Assembly (NCBI GenBank): GCA_012513575.1
Contig: JAAZBX010000001.1
Coordinates: 10,163 to 74,162, forward strand
Source: Candidatus Dojkabacteria bacterium
GTDB lineage: Bacteria > Patescibacteriota > Dojkabacteria > SC72
Length of the DNA stretch: 64,000 nt
Direction of reading: 5' to 3'
Both the position numbers and the translations under genes were made by a program. Shown in pieces: positions 9,909 through 18,851 of the stretch. The notes below the pieces were generated by a model. That model did not search any database. It was not told where the DNA came from and was given only the letters and a program-made list of their open reading frames with translations. Each line of letters opens with the position of its first letter. The first letter of the stretch is position 1.

Positions 9909-11572
9909 GAGTGTTCCACGCCGGCAAGAGGGTGATTCAAAAGTATGCGGTTCGGTTTGGGGGAGTAGTTCACTATGTAATGGATTACCAAATTATTAAA
10001 TATTCTCTTCTGTATATTTTAGGCAACCAGTTAACAATTTCATATCTGAGAAACATCCCATATGCGAAAATTATAGGGTTTGAGGTTTTAGAGATTTTTC
10101 TTTTTTGCGTTTTTTGTGTCTTGTTTCTATTTTTCATCTTGAGATGGAAGAGTCTCAAGTCAAAAGGTAAGGGATTAAAGGGAGCAAATGAACAAGGTAA
10201 ATTTTTTGTACTATCAAGAAATGCACTAATATTGGTGCTCCTAATCTTCGTGAGAAATTTCTTTTGGATCTCAAGTGAGAGAGAGGTACAGAAAAGCATG
10301 GACAGTTTCACAAACAGTTCCACGGTGTTCGAGGGGTATATTAAAGCCGAGTCGGTAGAGAAGCATACAAGGCAAGAGCTACCCATCCAATTGCTAGAGG
10401 ATATTCGAGTTGGGGAATATGTTATTAAAAAAAATTCGACTTACATCCTCTTAAAGGTCCCATCTTTTTATAAATTTCAGGTTGGACAAGTTTGTAAAAT
10501 TTTTGGTCAATTACTTCCACCTGAAAATTTTGATGATTTTGATTACGTTCGTTATTTGGCAAATCAAAAAATTTATTTCATTGTAGAAAATCCCTCAATT
10601 TCCTGTGATTCAATATCTGAAAGACGTGAAGGAAGCTTTTTAACAAATTTTCTTGTTGATTTGAAGGTCAAATTGATTGAGGATGTAGATAAAGTCTTAA
10701 ATGAGCCACAATCATCTCTGTTAGCTGGGATACTGTTTGGACAAAAGAGGTTGTTTAGTAATGAATTTGATGATGCTACAAGAATAGGGGGTGTTAGCCA
10801 TATCGTAGCCGCTTCTGGGTACAATGTGACAATACTTTCATTGTTAGTTAGCAATATTTTTAGTTTCTTCCCAAAAAAGTATAAATTAATTCTAAGTCTG
10901 ATTGTAATTTGGTTATTTGCAGTTCTCTCGGGGCTCTCCCCATCTATTGTTAGAGCATGCTTAATGAGCAGTATCTCAATTTTTGCACTTCTTTTTGGAA
11001 GAAGTAATTCAATTAATATTCTGTTACCCTTCACAGCGTTTATTTTTGTTTTTCTATCCCCAACGGCTTTATCAAATGTAGGTTTCTTACTCTCAATATC
11101 TGCAGTGTTTGGATTGGTATATATTCTCCCAATACTTGCACAAATTTGTAAACAAATGAAGATAAAGAGGAAATTTGTTGAGAACTACATCCTTCCTACA
11201 TTAAGTTGTACTCTTTCAACTCTTCCAGTATCTGTATTTGTGTTTAAAACCATTACAATTTGGTCTGTTCTAGTAAATGCTCTAATCCTTCCAGTATTAG
11301 AATCAACAATGCTATTTGGCTTTTTGGGGATATTAATTCAATCAGTTCTTCCCCATCTATCATTGCTTTTCTATTCAATAGTTAATACGCAATTAAAATA
11401 TTTTGAGAAAATTGTTCTGTTTATTCAAAAAATTCCTTTTGGTCAATACTTGTTAAGTGATTCAGCTTCAATGATTATTGGAATTTCCCTGCTTTTATTT
11501 GAAGTTTTGTTAATCTTTTACTTCTTTCCTATTAAAAATGAACAGTACAATTACTATCTTAAAAGTAATTAG
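9899..11572 (+). CDS. comEC: ComEC/Rec2 DNA internalisation channel, N-terminal part (DUF4131 plus competence domain, polytopic)
   Basis: Competence-domain motif 'LAGILFGQKRLFSNEFDDATRIGGVSHIVAASGYNVTIL' and many TM helices. The frame ends at 11572, 35 nt after the start of the next ORF. Confidence 0.8.
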   Translation: MHLRVFHAGKRVIQKYAVRFGGVVHYVMDYQIIKYSLLYILGNQLTISYLRNIPYAKIIGFEVLEIFLFCVFCVLFLFFILRWKSLKSKGKGLKGANEQGKFFVLSRNALILVLLIFVRNFFWISSEREVQKSMDSFTNSSTVFEGYIKAESVEKHTRQELPIQLLEDIRVGEYVIKKNSTYILLKVPSFYKFQVGQVCKIFGQLLPPENFDDFDYVRYLANQKIYFIVENPSISCDSISERREGSFLTNFLVDLKVKLIEDVDKVLNEPQSSLLAGILFGQKRLFSNEFDDATRIGGVSHIVAASGYNVTILSLLVSNIFSFFPKKYKLILSLIVIWLFAVLSGLSPSIVRACLMSSISIFALLFGRSNSINILLPFTAFIFVFLSPTALSNVGFLLSISAVFGLVYILPILAQICKQMKIKRKFVENYILPTLSCTLSTLPVSVFVFKTITIWSVLVNALILPVLESTMLFGFLGILIQSVLPHLSLLFYSIVNTQLKYFEKIVLFIQKIPFGQYLLSDSASMIIGISLLLFEVLLIFYFFPIKNEQYNYYLKSN

Positions 11573-12380
11573 AAAAATACTGATTAACAATATCTTAAGT
11601 TTCTTCTTTTTCATCTTTGCTCTTGTTTTTGTTGTAGTGTTAAAGAAAAATATTGTAACGGAGTCCCAGATCATTTTTTTGGATGTTGGGCAGGGAGATG
11701 CTATCTTAATACAGCAGGATAATTATCAAATACTTGTAGATGGGGGCCCTGATGATTCAATTATGTACGAATTGGCAAAATTTATGCCTTGGTTTGATAA
11801 AAAGATAGAGAAGCTTGTCTTAACACATCCTCACGATGATCATATTTTGGGTCTTCTAATATTGTTGAGAAAGTACGAGATAAAGGAAATTCTTTATTCT
11901 AAGGTAAAATATCCCAACTTAGCCTATGATTATCTCAAGAATAATTACCAAGAAATTCTTCATGATGTAAAAGCGGGGTACTCATTTAGTTACAATGATA
12001 TTTTCTTTTCGGTACTTTATCCTTTTGATCGAGAATATAAACAGGAAGAAAATTTAAATAATGAGTCTCTAGTTATATTTTTGCATATTAATGGATATAA
12101 AATTTTATTAATGGGAGATGCAGAAGTTGGAGTAGAAGAGAGATTACTTGACTATAATATCTTAAATGGTATTGATATCTTGAAAGTAGGGCATCATTGT
12201 TCGAGAAGTTCTACCTCAGAAAAATTTCTTAGTTTCACACAACCTGAGGTTGCGATTTGTATGTGTGGTGAGGGCAATAGATTTGGACATCCCCACTATG
12301 AAACATTGAAAAAATTAAAAGAAAGGAATGTACAATATTTCATAACATCTCATGAGGGAAATATTAAGTTTTCATTCTGA
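11538..12380 (+). CDS. comEC: ComEC C-terminal metallo-beta-lactamase domain, as a separate overlapping ORF
   Basis: MBL motifs 'LDVGQGDAILIQ', 'HPHDDHILG', 'GHHCS', preceded by one TM helix. ComEC is normally a single polypeptide. Confidence 0.75.
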   Translation: MNSTITILKVIRKILINNILSFFFFIFALVFVVVLKKNIVTESQIIFLDVGQGDAILIQQDNYQILVDGGPDDSIMYELAKFMPWFDKKIEKLVLTHPHDDHILGLLILLRKYEIKEILYSKVKYPNLAYDYLKNNYQEILHDVKAGYSFSYNDIFFSVLYPFDREYKQEENLNNESLVIFLHINGYKILLMGDAEVGVEERLLDYNILNGIDILKVGHHCSRSSTSEKFLSFTQPEVAICMCGEGNRFGHPHYETLKKLKERNVQYFITSHEGNIKFSF

Positions 12381-12414
12381 AAAAGCTATCTTTTGTGGTA
12401 AAATTACATATATT

Positions 12415-12488
12415 GTACCTGTAGCTCAATTGGATAGAGCATTAGTTTGCGGAACTAAAGGTTGTCGGTTCGATTCCGACCAGGTACG
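12415..12488 (+). tRNA. tRNA-Arg (anticodon GCG)
   Basis: Acceptor GUACCUG/CAGGUAC. Anticodon stem UUAGU/ACUAA, loop UUGCGGA. T-loop TTCGATT. The fold is clean; the anticodon is unusual for bacteria. Confidence 0.75.
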
Positions 12489-12523
12489 TTCTGTTATTTG
12501 TGATAGAATGATAAGTAAGAGAA

Positions 12524-12597
12524 GCACCTGTAGCTTAACTGGATAGAGCATCGGTCTTCGGAACCGAGGGTTGGGGGTTCAACTCCCTCCAGGTGCG
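12524..12597 (+). tRNA. tRNA-Arg (anticodon UCG)
   Basis: Acceptor GCACCUG/CAGGUGC. Anticodon loop CUUCGGA. T-loop TTCAACT. Confidence 0.8.
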
Positions 12598-12607
12598 TAT
12601 AAATATT

Positions 12608-14392
12608 ATGAAAAATAGGATTAAAGAAAAAATTAAAGAAGCTTTGATAATGTTACAGATTGATTTGCCAGAGGAAGGAGTTTTTGTTGAAGAGACAAAG
12701 GATATTTCAAAAGGCGATTTTTCTACAAATATTGCAATGAGGTTAGCATCAGTGGAGAAGACTGATCCATTAATTCTTGCAGAAAGAATAGTTAAGTCAC
12801 TTAAAAAGGACAAAGATTTTAAATTAATTGAATTTGTTAAACCTGGTTTTATCAATTTCTTCTTGTCAGATACATATCTTTTAGGTGAAATTGAAAAATA
12901 TGCCAAGCTGGGGGCTGATTATTTTGCTCAAAATATTCAGAAAGGAAGGAATATTGCTATTGAGTTTACCGATGCAAATCCGTTTAAAATCTTCCATATT
13001 GGTCACCTCTATACAAATGCTGTTGGGGAATCAATTTCAAGGATGCAGGAGTCACTTGGGGCCTCTGTAAAGAGGGTAACATATCAGGGAGATGTAGGGC
13101 TTCATGTATCTAAAACTATGTGGGGAGTTGAGGAACAATTAAAAAAAGAGGGAAAGAACTTTTCTGACATCGAAAAGCTTGATTTGGAGGAAAGAGTGGC
13201 CTGGCTTGGCAGTTGTTATATCCTGGGTGCTGAAATGTACGATTATTCCAAAGAGAGTAAGGCAATTGAAGAGATTAATGAAATTAATTATTATATTTAC
13301 TATCTAACAAATCCCAGTCTAGAAAAGAAAGATTTCTCAAAATTTGAAGAGGTTAATATAAAGGAAAAATATACAAAAGGTCGTCTTTGGTGTCTTGAGT
13401 ATTTTGAGAAAATCTACTCTGTTCTTGGGACAAAATTTGATAATTATTTCTTCGAAAGTGAAGTTAGTGAAATGGGTTTAGAGATTGTTAAAAAAAATAC
13501 AGGAGAAATATTTAAAAAAGATGCTGGATCGGTGATATATGAAGGTGAAAAGGAAAAAGGTTTGCATACGAGAGTATTTATAAATAAGTATGGATTGCCA
13601 ACCTATGAGACAAAAGAGATAGGGCTTGCTCTAAAGAAAGAAGAGCTCCTAAGGTCAGATGAGTCGATTATTATTACTGCCAATGAGCAGAGCTCATATT
13701 TTAAAGTAATAATGGATGTTCTTTCGAAATTAAATCCTGAAATTGCTTACAAAACGAAACATTTTTCCCATGGTGTGATTCGTTTGCCTAACGCTCAAAA
13801 AATGTCTAGCAGAAGAGGCGGGGTCATAAGTGGAGAGTGGCTATTTTCGGAAACAAAAAGAAAAGTGTTGAGTATTATGAGTAATTCAGATGAATTAGAG
13901 CCCGAATTGGTTGATGAGATCAGTGATAAGATTGCTATTGCGGCAATTAAGTATGCTTTCCTAAAGGTAACTATCGGAAGTGATATCGTTTTTGACTTTG
14001 ACAAAGCTATTTCATTTGATGGGGATACTGGACCATATATTCAATATGTATATGCTCGGGCCAACTCACTAATAAAAGAGTTCGGAACTGGAGACTCTCA
14101 AAATATTTGCCTGGGTTCATGTCTTGCAAACCCCTTTGTAGAAAGACTGGTAAGGACCCTTAGCAAATACAGGGTGGCAATGCTTGATAGCGCTTTGACA
14201 TATTCCCCCTCAACACTTTGCCAATATCTTTTTGATCTTAGCCAATCATTTAATGCCTTTTATCAAAATGTGAGATTATCTGAGATGTCAGAAGACGACA
14301 GAGGGGTTTATCTTGTTATCATAAGGGCAGTATTAAATGTTCTTCAAAGTGGGCTCTTTAATCTTGGGATTCCAATTGTTGAAAAAATGTAA
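12608..14392 (+). CDS. argS: arginyl-tRNA synthetase
   Basis: HIGH region 'FHIGHLYTNAVGESI' and a C-terminal DALR anticodon-binding domain. The ATG at 12608 is preferred because the GTG at 12593 would overlap the tRNA 3' end. Confidence 0.9.
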   Translation: MKNRIKEKIKEALIMLQIDLPEEGVFVEETKDISKGDFSTNIAMRLASVEKTDPLILAERIVKSLKKDKDFKLIEFVKPGFINFFLSDTYLLGEIEKYAKLGADYFAQNIQKGRNIAIEFTDANPFKIFHIGHLYTNAVGESISRMQESLGASVKRVTYQGDVGLHVSKTMWGVEEQLKKEGKNFSDIEKLDLEERVAWLGSCYILGAEMYDYSKESKAIEEINEINYYIYYLTNPSLEKKDFSKFEEVNIKEKYTKGRLWCLEYFEKIYSVLGTKFDNYFFESEVSEMGLEIVKKNTGEIFKKDAGSVIYEGEKEKGLHTRVFINKYGLPTYETKEIGLALKKEELLRSDESIIITANEQSSYFKVIMDVLSKLNPEIAYKTKHFSHGVIRLPNAQKMSSRRGGVISGEWLFSETKRKVLSIMSNSDELEPELVDEISDKIAIAAIKYAFLKVTIGSDIVFDFDKAISFDGDTGPYIQYVYARANSLIKEFGTGDSQNICLGSCLANPFVERLVRTLSKYRVAMLDSALTYSPSTLCQYLFDLSQSFNAFYQNVRLSEMSEDDRGVYLVIIRAVLNVLQSGLFNLGIPIVEKM

Positions 14393-14414
14393 TTAATATA
14401 ACTTATTTAATAAT

Positions 14415-14639
14415 ATGTCAGAGCAAGTAAAAAAGAACTCGTTTTTAAAGAATAACTGGCTTTTGATAATTGCCCTTATTTATCTTTTTCTTCCAATTGA
14501 TTTGATCCCTGATGCTTTACCAGTTTTAGGTACTCTAGATGATTCCTTTTTGATTATTATCAATTTAATTCAAAAATACCTTGCTTGGAAAGAGCAAGGT
14601 CAAAGAAGTGATATAAAAGAGCGCGAAATTGTCGAATAG
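14415..14639 (+). CDS. small membrane protein, DUF1232/YkvA-like
   Basis: 'LIIALIYLFLPIDLIPDALPVLGTLDDSFLIIINL' matches the DUF1232 pattern. Confidence 0.6.
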   Translation: MSEQVKKNSFLKNNWLLIIALIYLFLPIDLIPDALPVLGTLDDSFLIIINLIQKYLAWKEQGQRSDIKEREIVE

Positions 14640-14647
14640 TAAATATT

Positions 14648-14721
14648 CGGGGTGTAGTTCAGATGGCTAGAACGCTACGTTCGGGACGTAGAGGTCGTCC
14701 GTTCAAGTCGGATCACCCCGA
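14648..14721 (+). tRNA. tRNA-Pro (anticodon CGG)
   Basis: Acceptor CGGGGUG/CACCCCG, with C1:G72 typical of bacterial Pro. Anticodon loop UUCGGGA. T-loop TTCAAGT. Confidence 0.8.
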
Positions 14722-14735
14722 TGTATGAAATTAAT

Positions 14736-15356
14736 ATGAAAGAGAAACCCAAAGTAACAAAAAAAGAGCTTTTGAAAGCAATGGATGAAATAAGGAATTC
14801 GAACAGAATCAAGAAGGCCATTGCAGTAGCACAAAAAGCTCACAAGATTCAATTGAGAGATGGTGGTGGGAATTATCTCACTGAGCATATTTATTATTTA
14901 ACATCTCTTATATATTCTGATTATAAAAATGATCCTCGCATTGAAGACTTAGTGATCGTTTCTCTTCTTCACGATTCGGTAGAGGATGGAGGGATTTCTC
15001 TTCTAGAAATCAGAAAGATTTTTGGAGAAAGAGTTTCAGAAATAATAGAGTTGCTCTCAAAGCAAAACGACAAGGAAGTTAAAACCCAAGAAGAGAAATA
15101 TATTATTAATCAAAATTACTTGTTAAGCCTATCTTCTGACAATGAGGCGGTACTTGTAAAACTGTATGATCGTTTAGCTAATATTAATTGTATTAGTGAG
15201 GAGAGTATTTCACTAAAACCTGATAAGTATAGGAGGTATCTACTCGAGACAAAAAATCTTTTTATTCCTCTCGCAAAAAAATACAAACTCTCTAAACTTC
15301 TTTCAAAATATGAGAGTGAAGTGGATAGGATAGAGGAGCTTTTCAATAGAATATAG
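14736..15356 (+). CDS. HD-domain protein, small (p)ppGpp hydrolase-like (RelA/SpoT HD domain only)
   Basis: 'AHKIQLRDGGGNYLTEHIY' plus 'LLHDSVEDGG' is the HD signature of the SpoT/Mesh1 family. The ATG at 14736 is used because the ATG at 14721 overlaps the tRNA-Pro discriminator base. Confidence 0.65.
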   Translation: MKEKPKVTKKELLKAMDEIRNSNRIKKAIAVAQKAHKIQLRDGGGNYLTEHIYYLTSLIYSDYKNDPRIEDLVIVSLLHDSVEDGGISLLEIRKIFGERVSEIIELLSKQNDKEVKTQEEKYIINQNYLLSLSSDNEAVLVKLYDRLANINCISEESISLKPDKYRRYLLETKNLFIPLAKKYKLSKLLSKYESEVDRIEELFNRI

Positions 15357-15786
15357 CAGAACCTGTAGTTGTATTCTCAATTTTGGTTATCTTATTTTTA
15401 AAAGAGATAGCCAGGGAAACCTTTTAATGCTTTTTGTAGATTTGTTGACAATAGGATAGGAAGGAAAAGGAATAAACTAAAATTTTTTTATTCATGCTAT
15501 TGGACTTAATTCCCTAAGAAATAATTTTAAGAATTTGACAGTGAAACATAAATAATTTTGGAATCTGCCATGTCTTCAATTTTGAATAAAATAAGAATAC
15601 TAAAAAAACTTAATTTTGTTCATAAAAATTTTTTAGCATATTTTTCTTTATGAAAGCGTATTTTATTTTTGCGACAAAAAAGTATACATAGCAAATTTTG
15701 AACTTCAAACGAATTGATGAGTTGAAAAAGACAAATGTTTCACTCAAGTTTATTCATCCTAGAGAATACGATTGCCTAAAAGCGGT

Positions 15787-18654
15787 CTATTTGAGACCCT
15801 TTTTCGACTCGAGATGCCTCTTAAGAAATTGTCCGGTATAACAATGTTTTGTATTAATAATATCGGAGACAGTTCCTTGCGCAACTATATATCCTCCAGC
15901 ATCCCCACCCTCTGGTCCCAGATCGATAATCCAATCTGAGTTGGAAATAACATCCATATTATGTTCGACGACTATAACTGTATTCCCCTTATCAACCAAC
16001 TCCCTAAGAATTGTAAGAAGTTTATCTACATCATAATAGTGGAGTCCTGTAGTCGGCTCGTCTAGTATATATAAAGTACGACCAGTAGAAATTTTGGATA
16101 ACTCTTTTGCCAATTTCACTCTTTGAGATTCACCTCCAGAGAGAGTGAGTGCAGATTGGCCAAGTTCTATATATCCAAGGCCAACTTTATTTAATGTGCC
16201 AAGCTTTCTTGATATTTGAGGGAAGTTTTTAAAGAAGGATAAAGCTTCTTCTACAGTCATATTTAGTACATCGGAGATGTTTTTGCCTTTGAAATCTACC
16301 TGAAGTACCTCGGAATTGTACCTTGTTCCGCCACAAAGATCACATTTGATATAAATATCAGGTAAAAATTGCATTTCAACTTTTATCTGTCCCTCACCCT
16401 TACATTTTTCACATCTTCCACCTTTAACATTAAAACTAAATCTTCCGGATTTATATCCTCTTGCTTTCGCCTCGTTAGAATTAGAAAAAATTTCTCTAAT
16501 GTTGTCGAACACACCAATGTAAGTAGCAGGGTTTGAGCGAGGAGTGCGGCCTATAGGGGACTGGTCAATGCTGATAACTTTGTTGAGCTTTTCAACACCT
16601 AAGATGTCTTCAAATTTACCCTCGAGTCTCTTTCCTTTCATGATTCTATTTGTTAAGACAGGGACCAGAGTGTTTTCTATCAGGGACGACTTCCCACTGC
16701 CAGAAACACCTGTTATTGAAATAAGGCGATTTAATGGGAAATTTACATTGATATTTTTTAAGTTATTCGTTTTGACTGATTCTAGTGTCAAAAATTCTTT
16801 TGGTTGTGAAAAATTGGGATGCTTTAGACTTTGGCCCACAATTAGAGAATTGTTTAAATACTTAGCGGTTAAAGTATCCGTGTGCTTGATTTGTTCCAAG
16901 GTCCCTTCAAAGGTTAGTTCTCCCCCATGTTTTCCAGCAAAAGGACCTATATCAACAATCCAGTCTGCCTGGCTTATAGTGTCTTGGTCGTGCTCAACAA
17001 TGATTAGTGAATTTCCAGCATCCCTAAGTTCTTTAAGAGATTTTGTTAACTTCGATATGTCTCTTGCATGTAGTCCAATTGAAGGTTCATCCAATACATA
17101 TACTACTCCTGACAATCCTGTCCCTATTTGTGAAGCCAAGCGAATTCTTTGTGACTCTCCGCCCGAAAGTGTATTAGCTTTTCTAGCAAGAGTTAAATAA
17201 TCCAACCCTACATTAACCAAGAAATTCAATCTTGTATTCATTTCCTTAATGATTGGTTCCGAAATCTTTGCTTTGTTTTCCTTAAGATTAAGATTGTTAA
17301 TAAATTTTATACTTTCTTTTATCGTCATTTCAGTAACATCGACAATATTTTTATCCATAATTCGGACAGATAGGGAATAAGGTTTTAGTCGTTTACCACC
17401 GCATACAGGGCAAATTGATTCGGACATGTACTTTTCTATTTCGGATTTGTAAAAATTTGAAGAACTTTCTTTATATTTTCTTTTTAGTTCTGGTATTACT
17501 CCTTCGTATTTAGTTAAGTGATTGTTTGTTATTCCGAATCTGTTTGTATATTCAATTTTGTAATAATCCTTCGCTCCTTCACCGTAGAAAATAAGATTAA
17601 AGATCTTCTGAGAATAGTTTCCAATTGGGGTAGTTAAATTAAAACCGTGTATTCTTGCCACTTCGTTAAGTATCCTAGTTGTCCAACTATCCTTTGAAAC
17701 TCTATTGGACCAAGGGAAAATGCCACCTTCTTTAATTGTTAGTTTAGGATTGTAGATTAGATTAATATCAATCTCTTGTAAGAATCCTAACCCTGAACAA
17801 TTTTCACAAGCACCCTCTGGAGCATTAAAAGAAAAGGAGAGGGGAGTGATCTTGGGATATGATATTCCACATTTGTTACAGGTATTTCCTTCTGAGAAAA
17901 GTAAATCTTCATCTCCAATCTTCACTTTTACTTCTCCTTGTGACTGAAGTATTGCCAATTCAATATCATCCGTAATCCTTTTTTTGAAATCTTTGCCCTC
18001 TTTATCTTCCGGTGAAAACCTGTCAATTACTAGGTCGATGTTGTGCTTCTTGTTTTCATCGATACTGAGGTCTTCTATATCATCTAGAAGGTAGATTTCG
18101 TTGTCAATTATTACTCTTAGGAAGCCCTTGGATAACAATTTGCTTAGAAGAGATTTGAATTCTCCCTTGCGGTTTTTTATTAAGGGTGAAACAATGGTAA
18201 CATTTTTCGTGGAACTTTGTATGGCTTTTAATACCTTGCGTGTAATTTCTTCAATCGTTTGAGATTCTATTGGGATATTACACTGTGGACAGTAAGGCTG
18301 TCCCACATATCCAAAGAGTAGCCTTAAGTAATTATATATCTCAGTAATTGTTCCAACTGTTGAACGTGGATTACTACCGGTTGTTTTTTGATCGATAGAA
18401 ATTGCAGGAGAAAGCCCAGTGATGGATTCTACGTCAGGTTTCTTCATTATTCCTAGAAATTGCCTAGCATACGAGGAGAGTGATTCAACATATCTTCTTT
18501 GTCCTTCCGCATAGATGGTGTCAAATGCTAAAGAGGTCTTTCCACAGCCTGAGACCCCTGTTAGAACAACCATTTTATTCTTAGGTATGTCTACCGAAAT
18601 ATTTTTTAAATTGTTCTCTTTTGCACCTCTGATTTTTATATATTCAGTTTTCAT
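15787..18654 (-). CDS. uvrA: excinuclease ABC subunit A
   Basis: Two ABC ATPase modules (Walker A 'GVSGCGKTS' and 'GVSGSGKSS'), zinc fingers and signature motifs. 955 aa. Confidence 0.95.
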   Translation of the reverse strand: MKTEYIKIRGAKENNLKNISVDIPKNKMVVLTGVSGCGKTSLAFDTIYAEGQRRYVESLSSYARQFLGIMKKPDVESITGLSPAISIDQKTTGSNPRSTVGTITEIYNYLRLLFGYVGQPYCPQCNIPIESQTIEEITRKVLKAIQSSTKNVTIVSPLIKNRKGEFKSLLSKLLSKGFLRVIIDNEIYLLDDIEDLSIDENKKHNIDLVIDRFSPEDKEGKDFKKRITDDIELAILQSQGEVKVKIGDEDLLFSEGNTCNKCGISYPKITPLSFSFNAPEGACENCSGLGFLQEIDINLIYNPKLTIKEGGIFPWSNRVSKDSWTTRILNEVARIHGFNLTTPIGNYSQKIFNLIFYGEGAKDYYKIEYTNRFGITNNHLTKYEGVIPELKRKYKESSSNFYKSEIEKYMSESICPVCGGKRLKPYSLSVRIMDKNIVDVTEMTIKESIKFINNLNLKENKAKISEPIIKEMNTRLNFLVNVGLDYLTLARKANTLSGGESQRIRLASQIGTGLSGVVYVLDEPSIGLHARDISKLTKSLKELRDAGNSLIIVEHDQDTISQADWIVDIGPFAGKHGGELTFEGTLEQIKHTDTLTAKYLNNSLIVGQSLKHPNFSQPKEFLTLESVKTNNLKNINVNFPLNRLISITGVSGSGKSSLIENTLVPVLTNRIMKGKRLEGKFEDILGVEKLNKVISIDQSPIGRTPRSNPATYIGVFDNIREIFSNSNEAKARGYKSGRFSFNVKGGRCEKCKGEGQIKVEMQFLPDIYIKCDLCGGTRYNSEVLQVDFKGKNISDVLNMTVEEALSFFKNFPQISRKLGTLNKVGLGYIELGQSALTLSGGESQRVKLAKELSKISTGRTLYILDEPTTGLHYYDVDKLLTILRELVDKGNTVIVVEHNMDVISNSDWIIDLGPEGGDAGGYIVAQGTVSDIINTKHCYTGQFLKRHLESKKGLK

Positions 18655-18768
18655 TCAATCTTAATTATACCATGTAAGGGCAAGTAATTACGACCTGTAG
18701 TACTCCAGGTGGGTAGTGTAAAACCAGAGACAAATTGGTATAATTGGTGGTGTGATAAAGCGAGATAT

Positions 18769-18843
18769 GCACCCGTAGCTCAATTTGGATAGAGCAACAC
18801 ACTCCTAACGTGTAGGTTGTTGGTTCAATTCCGACCGGGTGCG
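18769..18843 (+). tRNA. tRNA-Arg (anticodon CCU)
   Basis: Acceptor GCACCCG/CGGGUGC. Anticodon loop CUCCUAA with an A31:C39 mismatch closing the stem. T-loop TTCAATT. A TATAAT box lies at 18739-18744. Confidence 0.75.
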
Positions 18844-18851
18844 CTTTCCTA

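Noticed and set aside
10573-11034. 153-aa minus-strand ORF inside comEC
   Set aside because: Antisense shadow ORF.
12352-12906. ORF-track frames 12352-12546 (+) and 12535-12906 (-) around the tRNA-Arg pair
   Set aside because: They overlap two well-folded tRNA genes and the start of argS. The translations are low-complexity with no motifs.
16544-17200. 218-aa plus-strand ORF inside uvrA
   Set aside because: It is antisense to a strongly supported uvrA CDS. Its composition is Ser/Pro/Phe-rich, typical of shadow ORFs.
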